From an uncultured Bacteroidia bacterium (GTDB taxonomy: Bacteria; UBA4055), in contig CAZYNH010000004.1 in assembly GCA_964648295.1 (NCBI GenBank), positions 613-64,612 on the forward strand: a stretch of 64,000 nt of DNA. The letters run 5' to 3'. The translations under genes were made by a program, and so were the position numbers. The notes beneath the pieces were generated by a model. The model had not been told where the DNA came from and did no database searches. It worked only from the letters and a program-made list of their open reading frames with translations. Below, piece after piece: positions 1 to 10,189 of the stretch (within the stretch, counting starts at the first letter, position 1; the number at the start of each line of letters is the position of its first letter).

Positions 1-923
1 TACTGACATCTCCCTATTGCGACGATATTACAGGCTACGCAGGTCCTTTGAAAGCAGTGTTGATCTCCGGGACGGACGGAAAAATATTGGGTGTGAAGTT
101 ATTATCACACAGAGAAACTCCTTCCTGGATCAGCGGGTTAGAAAGAATAAAATTCTTTGATTCGTGGAACGGGAAGTCAGTTACAGAACTCGCCGATCAC
201 ACCGTAGACGCAGTCTCGGGAGCGACCTATACAAGCAGAGCTGTCGATAAAATTATCAGGAAGCGGGCAGAAATATTTACCGGGAGATCAGAATATGTTA
301 CTTCGGGCCGGAAAACGGAAATCTCTGTATTAAGATCGCCGATTGATGTGGTTCTATATGTTATTTTATCTATTTCCTTGTTAGGAATATTCATAAAAAA
401 AATAAACAAGTACAGGATATTAATACAATTATCGTCTGTTATATTTTTTGGTATCATTTCAGGAAGATTTGTTTCAATATACCTGCTCGAAAGTATTTCG
501 GTTAACGGGATAAAATTATTTACTTCGTGGACAACAATACTCCTGCTTGCTTTCTCGATCCTTATACCGTTTATCTTTAACAGGCATTACTACTGTTATT
601 ATATCTGTCCTTTCGGAGGCGCGCAGACAATTCTTGGAAAACTGCCTGTAAAAAAGATTGTTCCGGGTGCCGGAACTATAAGGTTCTTCAGATTGCTGAG
701 GTTGCTGGTGTTCGTTTCGCTCACGGTACTGATATTACTTAATGTTAAGATCAATCTGACTCTTGTTGAGCCGTTTACTGTTTTCATGTTCTTCTCGGCT
801 TCGGCAATAACAATAACAGGAAGTGCCGTAATATTTATAGCCTCTGTTTTTATTAAAAATCCCTGGTGTATTTACCTCTGCCCCACGGGACAGTTCTTTG
901 ATCTGCTTAAAGACGGTGTGTGA
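1..923 (+). CDS. FMN-binding domain / 4Fe-4S ferredoxin-type polytopic membrane protein (NosR/NirI/NapH-like), 5' partial
   Basis: Frame is open to the window edge. N-terminal FMN_bind-like motif (VDAVSGATYTSRAV), then hydrophobic helices and two Cys motifs (CPFGG, CIYLCPTGQ) typical of membrane-bound ferredoxin-type proteins. Confidence 0.55.
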   Translation, partial: LTSPYCDDITGYAGPLKAVLISGTDGKILGVKLLSHRETPSWISGLERIKFFDSWNGKSVTELADHTVDAVSGATYTSRAVDKIIRKRAEIFTGRSEYVTSGRKTEISVLRSPIDVVLYVILSISLLGIFIKKINKYRILIQLSSVIFFGIISGRFVSIYLLESISVNGIKLFTSWTTILLLAFSILIPFIFNRHYYCYYICPFGGAQTILGKLPVKKIVPGAGTIRFFRLLRLLVFVSLTVLILLNVKINLTLVEPFTVFMFFSASAITITGSAVIFIASVFIKNPWCIYLCPTGQFFDLLKDGV

Positions 924-1011
924 AAATGGATTATTTTTAACTTGATTATGGCTTGTTTTTTTAATATAGTTAAAGAAGCACAATATCGCGCCGATAACGG
1001 AGAATGGACAA

Positions 1012-2598
1012 TTGGTAAGTAAAAGTTCCATAAATGTATTGCTTGTTGAGGAGAACGAAGATCATGCAATTTTGATAAGCAACTCATTTTTCAAGTACGG
1101 AGAAAAATATAATTTAATATCAGCCGATTCATTAAAAAAAGCTTTCGAATATTTTGACGATAAAACAGACATAATCGTAACTAATCTTTATCTGCCCGAC
1201 GGCAGCGGTATTGAGTTTCTTAAGAACAAATCTATTTGTGATGATATTCCTGTTATCGTTCTCGAAAGCTATGTGGACCAGGAAACAGTCGTAAAACTGC
1301 TTAAATCGGGAATTTTTGATTATGTGGGTAAATCAGCAGACATATTTGATTCTCTTCCGGAAAAAATTGATAAATATATTCAGTTGAGGGATTTAAAAAG
1401 GGAAAGGAGAAGGATATCCGAGCAGCAGAACATGCTCAGTATAGCTATAAAACACTCGTCAGAGGTTATTCTTGTTACTGACGAAAAAGGTATTATCGAA
1501 TTTGTCAATCCGGCGTTTGAAAAAACCACAGGTTATTCAGCTGATGAAGTAGTTGGTAAATCTCCCTCAATACTCAAAAGCGGCCAGCACGATAAAAATT
1601 TTTATGATGGCCTGTGGAAAACAATAAAATCAGGAAAACCGTGGAAAGGTCATCTGATAAATAAAAGAAAAGACGGATCAATATTTGAAGAGGACGCTTC
1701 CATCTCCCCTGTTTTTGGTGAAAAAGGTGTAATTACTAATTACGTGGCTTTGAAAAGAGATATTTCCGAATTAATAAATATTGAGAATCAACTCAGGCAT
1801 GCGCAAAAAATGGAAGGCATAGGCACTCTTGCCGCAGGGATTGCGCATGAAATCAATACACCGCTGCAATATTTGAATGACAACACTCTATTTATCAAAG
1901 AATCCTTCAAGGCGATGTGCGAGGCAATATCGGAGATAAAGAAGATAGCTGCCGAAAAGGATGCCGATAATATGGGCAGTAAGCTAAACGATATTATCAG
2001 AAAAAATAAGCTGGAGTACCTTGTTGATGAAATTCCTAATGCTCTGGATGAAAATCTGAACGGGATCAAAATAGTTCGTAAAATTGTAACAGCGATGAAG
2101 AATTTCTCCCATCCCGGGTTGAAGACAATGCAGAAAGCTGATATTAACGAAGCGATCAAGTCCACAATAACTATTACAAAAAATGTATGGAAATATAACG
2201 CGGAAATAGTTACCGATCTTATGGATAAACTCCCCGAGGTGAGCTGTCACATTGGAGACATAAACCAGGTATTCTTGAACATGATAACAAATTCCTGTGA
2301 CGCGATAGCTGAAAAAAGTAAAGATGATAAGGGAACAATCCGAATTTCAACATCCTGCGACAACAGTTATGTTTATATTACTATTGAAGACAACGGAAAT
2401 GGAATTCCAAAAGATATCAAAGACAAAATATTCCAACCTTTTTTTACAACAAAACAAGTTGGAAAAGGGACGGGACAGGGCCTTGCTTTAAGTTATGACA
2501 TTATCGTGAATAAACATAACGGGGAGATCAAGGTTGAATCAGAGCCCGGAACAGGAACAAAGTTTACAATTAAATTACCTGTTGAACCTAATGAATAA
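1012..2598 (+). CDS. Hybrid sensor histidine kinase: atypical receiver - PAS - HisKA - HATPase_c
   Basis: Receiver-like N-terminus ([11 protein letters not shown] ... [13 protein letters not shown]), PAS ([21 protein letters not shown]), H-box ([12 protein letters not shown]), ATPase G-boxes ([20 protein letters not shown]). Start is a TTG in the track. Confidence 0.85.
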   Translation: MVSKSSINVLLVEENEDHAILISNSFFKYGEKYNLISADSLKKAFEYFDDKTDIIVTNLYLPDGSGIEFLKNKSICDDIPVIVLESYVDQETVVKLLKSGIFDYVGKSADIFDSLPEKIDKYIQLRDLKRERRRISEQQNMLSIAIKHSSEVILVTDEKGIIEFVNPAFEKTTGYSADEVVGKSPSILKSGQHDKNFYDGLWKTIKSGKPWKGHLINKRKDGSIFEEDASISPVFGEKGVITNYVALKRDISELINIENQLRHAQKMEGIGTLAAGIAHEINTPLQYLNDNTLFIKESFKAMCEAISEIKKIAAEKDADNMGSKLNDIIRKNKLEYLVDEIPNALDENLNGIKIVRKIVTAMKNFSHPGLKTMQKADINEAIKSTITITKNVWKYNAEIVTDLMDKLPEVSCHIGDINQVFLNMITNSCDAIAEKSKDDKGTIRISTSCDNSYVYITIEDNGNGIPKDIKDKIFQPFFTTKQVGKGTGQGLALSYDIIVNKHNGEIKVESEPGTGTKFTIKLPVEPNE

Positions 2599-2618
2599 AT
2601 ATTAAAACGGAGATCAAT

Positions 2619-3821
2619 ATGAACAAAAATTTCAGAATTCTGTTTGTTGACGATGAGGCACCGGTTCTTAACGGTATCAGGCGGATATTTCAGGCAAGAA
2701 GAAGCAACTGGGAACTGGTTTTCGCATCAAGCGGGAAAGAAGCAATTCAGAAGGTTTCTGTAATAGATTTCGACCTGATCGTTACAGACGGAAAAATGCC
2801 CGGAATGAGCGGAAGCGAGATGCTTAGAGAAATGAAGGTCCAGGGACTGACAAAAGATATTCCCACAATAATGCTGACGGGTTATGTTGACGACGACATG
2901 AGAAAGGAAGCTCTTGAGTGCGGGATAATCGAATTTGTCAATAAACCCGTTATTCCCGACGAGTTCGTACTCAGAATTGAAAATGTGCTGAACTTCAAAA
3001 TGATGCATGACGAGCTCAAAACTTCGACTGAGCAACTCACCACCGTAAACAGCGAGTTAAACAGGCTCTACGAGATAATAAGTACTCAAAAGAAAGAACT
3101 TGAAGAGCTTAATGAAATGAAAAGTCAATTCATTGAAATCGCGATGAACGAATTCAGAAGCTCAACAAAAGAGATATCTGAATATACTTCAGGATTAAGA
3201 GGATTGATGAACCCTGAAACAGATAAAGAAAAAATTGTGATAACTGAACGAATTATTCAGAGTGTTTCCGAACTGTCCGGAGTATACAGGAAGATCGTTA
3301 ATATTTCAGATATTACAACCGGAACCTTAAAACTTAATTATTCCCGGTCAAATGTTCTTAAATTTTTCAATGAGCTCATTGAGAATTCATCCCATGTCGC
3401 AGAGAAAAAGAATATTAAATTGATTTCTGAGCATGACAATATCCTGCCTGTAGAAAACTATATGGATACGAACAAAATATGGATAGCTGTTTCAAAACTA
3501 CTTGAAAATGCCGTAAAATTCTCCGAAACTACGAATAAAGTAGATTTTGGAATGAAATATTCGGACAATATGCTTAAGTTCATAATAAAGGACTACGGTA
3601 TAGGGATGAATGATGATCAGATGAGGAATCTGTTCTCATTCAACAACAGTGATAATGAAAACAAACAGGGTGTCAGCCTGCCTCTTGTTAAAAAAATTAT
3701 TGACGCTCATAAAGGTAATATATGCGTTGAGAGTAAATTCGGCGGCGGAACAAAATTTACCGTCTCGATACCTGTACTGGAAACAATTCCCGGAGAACTT
3801 GATAATGGGTCCGAATCATAA
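2619..3821 (+). CDS. Receiver domain fused to a histidine-kinase-like module lacking the phospho-acceptor His (putative pseudo-kinase)
   Basis: Canonical REC (ILFVDDE, LIVTDGKMPGMSG, EFVNKP), coiled-coil linker, DHp-like segment with Asn at the His position (FIEIAMNEFRSS), HATPase N-box and G1 present (LLENAVKFS, IKDYGIGM). RBS GGAG before the ATG. Confidence 0.75.
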   Translation: MNKNFRILFVDDEAPVLNGIRRIFQARRSNWELVFASSGKEAIQKVSVIDFDLIVTDGKMPGMSGSEMLREMKVQGLTKDIPTIMLTGYVDDDMRKEALECGIIEFVNKPVIPDEFVLRIENVLNFKMMHDELKTSTEQLTTVNSELNRLYEIISTQKKELEELNEMKSQFIEIAMNEFRSSTKEISEYTSGLRGLMNPETDKEKIVITERIIQSVSELSGVYRKIVNISDITTGTLKLNYSRSNVLKFFNELIENSSHVAEKKNIKLISEHDNILPVENYMDTNKIWIAVSKLLENAVKFSETTNKVDFGMKYSDNMLKFIIKDYGIGMNDDQMRNLFSFNNSDNENKQGVSLPLVKKIIDAHKGNICVESKFGGGTKFTVSIPVLETIPGELDNGSES

Positions 3822-5601
3822 GCTCAATTCTTTCTTCAAGAACTACTTCGTTTATCTCTCGATCTTCACGATTGAGATAATCTGTGTCGTTGCCTATTTT
3901 ACTTATAAAAATATTAACTTGCTCGCCAATTCCGCGCTTGTTGAAAAATACGGCCTTTCTAAGCTTTATGCTGATGACATTGATCAATTTTTGGAGGCTT
4001 ACAAGGCTACCGTAAGTCAATATTATGTAATGGCGGGCATTGTAATAGCATCGGTTGCAGCTTTTGCCGTAATCATTCACTATCTGATGAAAAAAAGGAT
4101 GACCGATGTCGAAAAAATGAACGCTCTTGAAGATCTGACAAGGGATACTTCAAAGATACTCAAGAGCGAGATCAAATACCGTTCTCTTTTTGAGAACAAC
4201 GGTACCGCTATACTCGTAGTCGGTGACGACGAGAATATAAGCGACTGCAATGAGAAATTCAGCGAACTTATAGGTTATTCCAAAGAAGAGATGATCAGAA
4301 ATATGCATTGGAGTAAAATTGTCCATCATGAAGATATCGAAAGGGTCAAAGGTTACGACAAGCTGAGAAGAACGAATCCCGCCAAGGCTCCTGCCGAATA
4401 TATGATGAAACTGAGAAGGAAAGACGGAACATACAGGCAGGTGATAGTCAATGTCATTGTGCTTCAGGGTACAGAGCAGCTAGCTTCCGTAATAGATATA
4501 ACCGATATGATCGAAAAAGACAGAGCTTTAAGGGAAAATCAGGAACTCCTTAATCAGGCACAGGAGATAGCCTCCATGGGCAGCTGGACCTATTATCCCG
4601 AAAACGATGAGCTTAAAGTATCAAAAGAATTCCTGAAAATCCTGGGTATTGACAAGATCACAGAACCCTTAACTCTGACATATCTGAAAAACCGGTTTGG
4701 GTTTGATCAGTTTTATAATGAAGTGTCAGGATTGAATAACTCCGCAGCCGGCTTAGACAAAGAAATTACTTATCTGGATGAAAAATCGCCTCTGTCAGAC
4801 AAAACCAAATATTTTAAGCTCAAAGCCAGAGCAGGATCAACAGCCGAGAAAGAATTGAAAATTACGGGCATAATTTTGGACATTACAGACAGAAAAAAGA
4901 TCGAAAATGAGATAAATAGGGCAAACGAGGAAATGAAAAACCTTATTTATGTTACAACTCATGATCTGCAGATACCGCTTATCTCAATAGAGGGCTTCTC
5001 TAATCTTCTTTTAAGATCATGCCAGAATATTGAGATCACTCAGGAAGCAAAAGATTACCTTGAAAGAATAAAATCGAATGTTAAAACTATGAGTTCGATG
5101 TTTAAGAATTTCTTTGACATCTCAAAGATTACCGCGATAAAGAATCCTTTTGAATACATAAAAACTTCCGATCTTATTAACCAGGTGGCAAGTGAGATGC
5201 GGATACTGACAGACAAATACGGATCTTCAGTTAAAATTGACTGCGGCAATCTCTTACCCGATATATATGGGGACAGAGAAAATCTTAGGCTCGTTTTTTA
5301 CCATTTGGTTTCTAACGGCATTATTTACGGCGGCAAAACCGTGACTGCCGGTTATGAAAAAAGTAAAGGGTTCTTTATAAAAGACGACGGCACCGGAATA
5401 TGTACAGATGATCTGGAGAGAATTTTCCTGCCCGGAATAAAACTTGAAAAAGAAGAGAATTATGAGGGCTCCGGCATGGGCTTGACTATATGCAGAAAAG
5501 TTATTGAGCTGCACAACGGAAAAATATGGGCTGAATCTGATGGAAAAGGCAAAGGAACAACAATTTTCTTCACACTTAGTAATGAACTAATCAGGGATTA
5601 A
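3805..5601 (+). CDS. Membrane-anchored PAS sensor histidine kinase
   Basis: Start refined from track ORF 3649 to the ATG at 3805 (MGPNHK), 17 nt overlap with the upstream stop. N-terminal TM helices, two PAS-like regions, H-box (THDLQIPL), HATPase (IKDDGTGI, GSGMGLTICRKV). Confidence 0.8.
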   Translation: MGPNHKLNSFFKNYFVYLSIFTIEIICVVAYFTYKNINLLANSALVEKYGLSKLYADDIDQFLEAYKATVSQYYVMAGIVIASVAAFAVIIHYLMKKRMTDVEKMNALEDLTRDTSKILKSEIKYRSLFENNGTAILVVGDDENISDCNEKFSELIGYSKEEMIRNMHWSKIVHHEDIERVKGYDKLRRTNPAKAPAEYMMKLRRKDGTYRQVIVNVIVLQGTEQLASVIDITDMIEKDRALRENQELLNQAQEIASMGSWTYYPENDELKVSKEFLKILGIDKITEPLTLTYLKNRFGFDQFYNEVSGLNNSAAGLDKEITYLDEKSPLSDKTKYFKLKARAGSTAEKELKITGIILDITDRKKIENEINRANEEMKNLIYVTTHDLQIPLISIEGFSNLLLRSCQNIEITQEAKDYLERIKSNVKTMSSMFKNFFDISKITAIKNPFEYIKTSDLINQVASEMRILTDKYGSSVKIDCGNLLPDIYGDRENLRLVFYHLVSNGIIYGGKTVTAGYEKSKGFFIKDDGTGICTDDLERIFLPGIKLEKEENYEGSGMGLTICRKVIELHNGKIWAESDGKGKGTTIFFTLSNELIRD

Positions 5602-5607
5602 TGTAAA

Positions 5608-7476
5608 ATGGCCATGAATTTATTTAGAATAAAAGAATTCCCGTCTGAAAAATCTTATCAGGATGCGGAGCTTCACTTATCAAAACAGGGTAAAAACTTT
5701 GTATTCATATGTAAACTGGAAGGAAAATATTTTGCGCAGTCTGACGATAATATATACGGAGCTTTTGACTCGGTAGAAAATGTAACATTTAGAAAAGAAG
5801 GAAAAATATTCGCCTTCAAGTCTTCAACTTTTTCAAAAAAATTAGGGGTTATAAAAGACGAAAATCAGGACTCTTTATACATTAACAATAAAATATTGGG
5901 CCCGTTCACAAAAATAAGGGATTTCAAAATAAACGACAATCTAACATATTACATATGGTATGAAACCTTCGGGAATTCGTATGTTATTATCAACAATAAC
6001 AAATTGGGAAGCTTTAAAAGCGTATATCAGGTAACTATGGCTCAGGACGGAACATCGTATGCTTTGATATACAAAGACGGCGGAAAAAAATATTTGCGAA
6101 TTAATGATGAAATATTTGGAGGATACGAAGAAATATTCGACTTTGTCTGCGATTATGAAAAAGGTTTTACCGGTTTTGTTTTCAAAAATTTATCAGGCGA
6201 GTATTACGCAAGAATTAATAACACGGAGATAGGTCCGTTCGGGAGTTGTACGGGTCTCAATTATTTTGCGGACATAAATAAATATCAGATTGAATACAAA
6301 AAAGACGCCGCAAATTTCATACAGATCAACGAAAGTGTTTTCTCGGGATCGGATACATATCAGGTAGAATTGATAAACGAATCTCTGGCTGTAATTAAAT
6401 GCTTCAAAGACAAATTGAGTTCTTATAATATCGTTGCCTGGGAGATCGGTTCTTTTAACGATGTTATTGAGTATCGGATAAGTAATTCAGGAAAGAAATT
6501 CATCTTTGTGTATGTAAAATTCAACCAGTATTTTGTTGTAGCCGGTGATTACGAATATGGCCCGTACAAAAAAGTCTCAAACTTATCAATAAGCCCGAAC
6601 GGAGAGAATTATTCATTTATTTTTACAAATCAGCATTACAATTATTATGCCAATATAAACGGGAATACTTACGGACCTTACATCTTAATAAACGAGACAG
6701 CTGTATCTGATTCACCCTCCGCCTTCGGATTTATTTTCCAGAGAAACTCTAAGTATTTTGTTAACATTTCCGACACGATACACGGAATGTATGATTCTGC
6801 TTTAAATTTAAAACTGTCACCCGACGGTTCCCTTTATTCATACATGTTCACTAAAAAAATAAAAATAAATCAGCTTTATTCAAAGCTGCAAAGTTATTTG
6901 TCACTTAATGGTGAAGTATCTGAAAATGACATAGCTATAATAGATCTTCAGAGAAACTCAATGCAAATAGAAGCAATCGTATTTAAAAAGAACTCAAAAT
7001 GGTATATCAGCCTTAACGAGACTATGTTCGGCCCTTATGACCATATAGCTGACTGGAGATTTTTAACCGACGAAACGCTTTTTTCATTCAGGTTCAAAAA
7101 CCTGCAATCTGATTTCTACAATCTTCAAATAAACGGCAGAACATATTATTCCCGAAACAAAAATCTGCAGGTACATTCACCCGTATTCAGCCGGGACGGA
7201 ACAAAATTTGCCTTTATTCATTATTCCGACATCCATTATTACATACAAATATGCGATCAAACCTACGGCCCTTTTGATCATGCCGACCTGCCGACTTTCT
7301 CACCGGACAGTAAAATGGCAGTATTCAGGTACATTGAGTCAAAAAAGACATATTTAAACATAAACGGCATGAAGACCGGACCTTTCGGAGTGGCTGAATA
7401 CACATTCTCTGACGGAAAGCTTTATACATGTTATCTTCAGGACAAGACGATCATAATTGACGAGATCACATGGTAA
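5608..7476 (+). CDS. Hypothetical protein with about 13-14 degenerate tandem repeats of ~37 aa (possible beta-propeller-like fold)
   Basis: Repeat consensus roughly YY-x-IN-x3-YGPY/F ... SPDG-x-Y-F, PD40-like but no confident family match. No signal peptide or TM helix. Last gene of the plus-strand kinase operon. Confidence 0.5.
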   Translation: MAMNLFRIKEFPSEKSYQDAELHLSKQGKNFVFICKLEGKYFAQSDDNIYGAFDSVENVTFRKEGKIFAFKSSTFSKKLGVIKDENQDSLYINNKILGPFTKIRDFKINDNLTYYIWYETFGNSYVIINNNKLGSFKSVYQVTMAQDGTSYALIYKDGGKKYLRINDEIFGGYEEIFDFVCDYEKGFTGFVFKNLSGEYYARINNTEIGPFGSCTGLNYFADINKYQIEYKKDAANFIQINESVFSGSDTYQVELINESLAVIKCFKDKLSSYNIVAWEIGSFNDVIEYRISNSGKKFIFVYVKFNQYFVVAGDYEYGPYKKVSNLSISPNGENYSFIFTNQHYNYYANINGNTYGPYILINETAVSDSPSAFGFIFQRNSKYFVNISDTIHGMYDSALNLKLSPDGSLYSYMFTKKIKINQLYSKLQSYLSLNGEVSENDIAIIDLQRNSMQIEAIVFKKNSKWYISLNETMFGPYDHIADWRFLTDETLFSFRFKNLQSDFYNLQINGRTYYSRNKNLQVHSPVFSRDGTKFAFIHYSDIHYYIQICDQTYGPFDHADLPTFSPDSKMAVFRYIESKKTYLNINGMKTGPFGVAEYTFSDGKLYTCYLQDKTIIIDEITW

Positions 7477-9780
7477 TCAGTTTTTGAGTATTTCTTTTAC
7501 GTTTTCGACTAAAGACTGTCTTGAAAAAGGTTTCTGTAAATAGATCTTATTTTTATCCAGCAGACTGAAATCCATTATAGTGCTTTCTGTATAGCCGGAC
7601 ATATATATGACCTTTGCCTCAGGGTACTTTTCGAGCAGCTTCTCACCTATCTCATCACCATTCATATCCGGCATGATAACATCCGTTATCAACAGATCAA
7701 TTTTTTCGGTTTCGTAAAATTTCATAATATCTTCAAAAGATGAGGCGCAAAAAACATTAAATCCTTCCTGCTCAAGCATTTTAGCCACTACATCCCTTAT
7801 TTCTTTCTCATCATCGATCACTACGATTTTTTCACCGTGCGGCTCTACATTCTCATACTGTTTGATCTCTTTCTCTATATATTCTTCAGCATCTGCTGAC
7901 GGAAGGTATATTTTGAAACAAGTCCCTCTACCGGGTTCGCTGTAACAGGACACATATCCGTTGCTCTGTTTCACTATCCCGTAAACCGTTGAAAGACCCA
8001 GTCCTGTACCCTTTCCCAAGCCTTTTGTGGTAAAAAACGGCTCAAATATTTTGTCCACTGTTTCTTTTGTCATTCCTGTACCGGTGTCAGTTACGGCAAT
8101 CATCGCATAACTTCCGGGTTTAAGTTCAGAGTATTTTTTTATATAATTATCATCTATCTTTACATTCTTAGTCTCTATCGTTATCTTCCCGCCTTTGGGC
8201 ATGGCGTCCCTTGCGTTGATCACCAGATTCATTATCACCTGATCCATCTGTCCTTTATCAGCCTTCACCGGACTGATCCGCGGTTCAAGAACAGCTACCG
8301 TGTCAATTCTCTCTCCGACCAGTCTTTTTATCATTTTCTCAAGATCGTTGACTATTGTATTCAGATCTATTATCTGAGGTTTCAGAACCTGTTTCCGGCT
8401 GAATGCGAGAAGCTGACTTGTCAGTTCGGCTGCCCGCTGCCCGCTTTTTTTTATCTCGATGATATCTTCCGTAAGAGTGTCATCATTCTTCGATCTTGCA
8501 AGTATTAAATCGCAGTTGCAGAGAACCACCATAAGCAGATTGTTAAAATCGTGAGCTATTCCGCCGGCCAAAAGACCAATCGCTTCCATTTTCTGAGATT
8601 GCCTGAACTGTTCCTCAAGCTCTTTCTGTTCAGTGACATCATGTACTATTCCAAGCATTTTTGCGGTCTTTCCGTACCTGTTCTTCTCGAATTGTGCTTT
8701 TACATGAATTTTCCTTAAAGAACCGTCCTTTCTTTTAATCGAATGAATTTTTTCAAAAGGCTTACACTCGTTTATTGCCCTTGTAAATTCGGCGTTGATT
8801 TCATCTCTTTCATCTTCCGGAATGAAACTCATATACAACTTATAGTCCGGTTTTGTTGAAGATTGATCTAATCCAAAAATTCTGTATACTTCATCAGTCC
8901 AGGTAAAATCCATTGTTTTACTGTCAAAGATCCAACTGCCGACATGCACAATTTCCTGTGTTCTTCTAAGCAGAGCTTCATTAGATTTTAATTTATTTTC
9001 AGCTTTGATCTTCATTGTCATATCCAGCCCCACACAGAGTAATCCCGAAATGTCAAAATATTCGTTCTTAATCTGCGACACATGCCATTCGACAAATAGA
9101 CTTCCCCCCTCTTTCTTTGTTATTCTTGTTACACAACTCGAATCGATTTCAGTTGTTAGGCACTTGGTAAAAAAATCGGCGGCTGATTTTTGATAATTAA
9201 GGGACACATAATTTTTTATAAGACTTTTATTCCTTGCTTCTTCCACTCTGTAGCCGGTTATATCTCTGAAAAACTCATTTACATTCACAATGTTGAATTT
9301 CCCGTCGATCACCATTATAATAGCTTTTGCAGTGTTTATTATGTTATCTGACAGCTGTTTTTGTGAGATCAGATTGTCAAGCGCTTTTTTTCTTTCGATA
9401 GAATGCCTTATAGCTCTTATTAGTGCGTCTTTATCAAATTTCCCTTTAATAAGATAATCCTGAGCCCCAATACTAAGCACTTTCTTTATTATCCTTATAT
9501 CGTCACTTCCTGTTAAGGCAATGACCGGTAAAGTGGGATTCTCGTTAATTATCATCATGGGAGCTTCAGCTCCCACGCACCCGGGCAGCCCGAGATCGAC
9601 AAGGGCAATATCATAGCGCATGAACTCAAAATCTTCCAGAGCACTGTCAATATCTTTAAAATGACTTATCTCAGCGTCCGCGTAATCGAGCATTTCTTCT
9701 ATCAGTACCGCGTCTCCGTCATTGTCTTCGACAATAGCGATCTTAAGATTTTTATCCATTTTTACATCTCCGTTCATCAT
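7477..9780 (-). CDS. Hybrid sensor histidine kinase: REC - PAS x2 - HisKA - HATPase_c - REC
   Basis: N-terminal REC (KIAIVEDNDGD, ALVDLGLPG), PAS regions, H-box (IAHDFNNLL), HATPase (VTDTGTGM, GLGKGTGLGLS), C-terminal REC (KIVVIDDE, LLITDVIMPDMNG). True start may be the internal Met at about 9759. Confidence 0.85.
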   Translation of the reverse strand: MMNGDVKMDKNLKIAIVEDNDGDAVLIEEMLDYADAEISHFKDIDSALEDFEFMRYDIALVDLGLPGCVGAEAPMMIINENPTLPVIALTGSDDIRIIKKVLSIGAQDYLIKGKFDKDALIRAIRHSIERKKALDNLISQKQLSDNIINTAKAIIMVIDGKFNIVNVNEFFRDITGYRVEEARNKSLIKNYVSLNYQKSAADFFTKCLTTEIDSSCVTRITKKEGGSLFVEWHVSQIKNEYFDISGLLCVGLDMTMKIKAENKLKSNEALLRRTQEIVHVGSWIFDSKTMDFTWTDEVYRIFGLDQSSTKPDYKLYMSFIPEDERDEINAEFTRAINECKPFEKIHSIKRKDGSLRKIHVKAQFEKNRYGKTAKMLGIVHDVTEQKELEEQFRQSQKMEAIGLLAGGIAHDFNNLLMVVLCNCDLILARSKNDDTLTEDIIEIKKSGQRAAELTSQLLAFSRKQVLKPQIIDLNTIVNDLEKMIKRLVGERIDTVAVLEPRISPVKADKGQMDQVIMNLVINARDAMPKGGKITIETKNVKIDDNYIKKYSELKPGSYAMIAVTDTGTGMTKETVDKIFEPFFTTKGLGKGTGLGLSTVYGIVKQSNGYVSCYSEPGRGTCFKIYLPSADAEEYIEKEIKQYENVEPHGEKIVVIDDEKEIRDVVAKMLEQEGFNVFCASSFEDIMKFYETEKIDLLITDVIMPDMNGDEIGEKLLEKYPEAKVIYMSGYTESTIMDFSLLDKNKIYLQKPFSRQSLVENVKEILKN

Positions 9781-10189
9781 TTTTTTTCATAAATTCGTCG
9801 ATACTCTTAAAAACATCGAAAAAATCGCCGAGATCCATAGGTTTTGTAATATATTCGCTTGCCTTGTACCTGTAACAGCTGTTGATATCGCTCTCGCTGT
9901 TCGAAGTGGAAAAAACTATTACGGGTAATGATTCCGTCTTGGGTTCATTTTTTAGAATCTGAAGAATCTCAAGCCCGGTCATGCCAGGCAGGTTCAGATC
10001 CAGAAGTATCACATCCGGTCTCGGGTTCTTTTCCTCATACAGATATTCGAGAGCCTGATCGCCGTTGTATAGGTGGACAATACGGGATTCAGAACCGTTA
10101 TGAGCAAGAGCTTCCCGCGCCAGCACGGCATCACCCTCGTTATCCTCCACGAGCAGGATCAGATATTTTTTGGTTCTACACATTTTCAT
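9752..10189 (-). CDS. Single-domain response regulator (CheY/Rcp1-like receiver)
   Basis: LILLVEDNEGD, DVILLDLNLPGMTG, VIVFSTSN, YITKP. No output domain. Confidence 0.85.
   Translation of the reverse strand: MKMCRTKKYLILLVEDNEGDAVLAREALAHNGSESRIVHLYNGDQALEYLYEEKNPRPDVILLDLNLPGMTGLEILQILKNEPKTESLPVIVFSTSNSESDINSCYRYKASEYITKPMDLGDFFDVFKSIDEFMKKNDERRCKNG

Noticed and set aside
3649-3804. Upstream extension of the track ORF 3649..5601 overlapping the previous gene's C-terminus
   Set aside because: The extension overlaps the preceding receiver/kinase-like gene in another frame; the ATG at 3805 with an N-terminal TM segment is the more plausible start.
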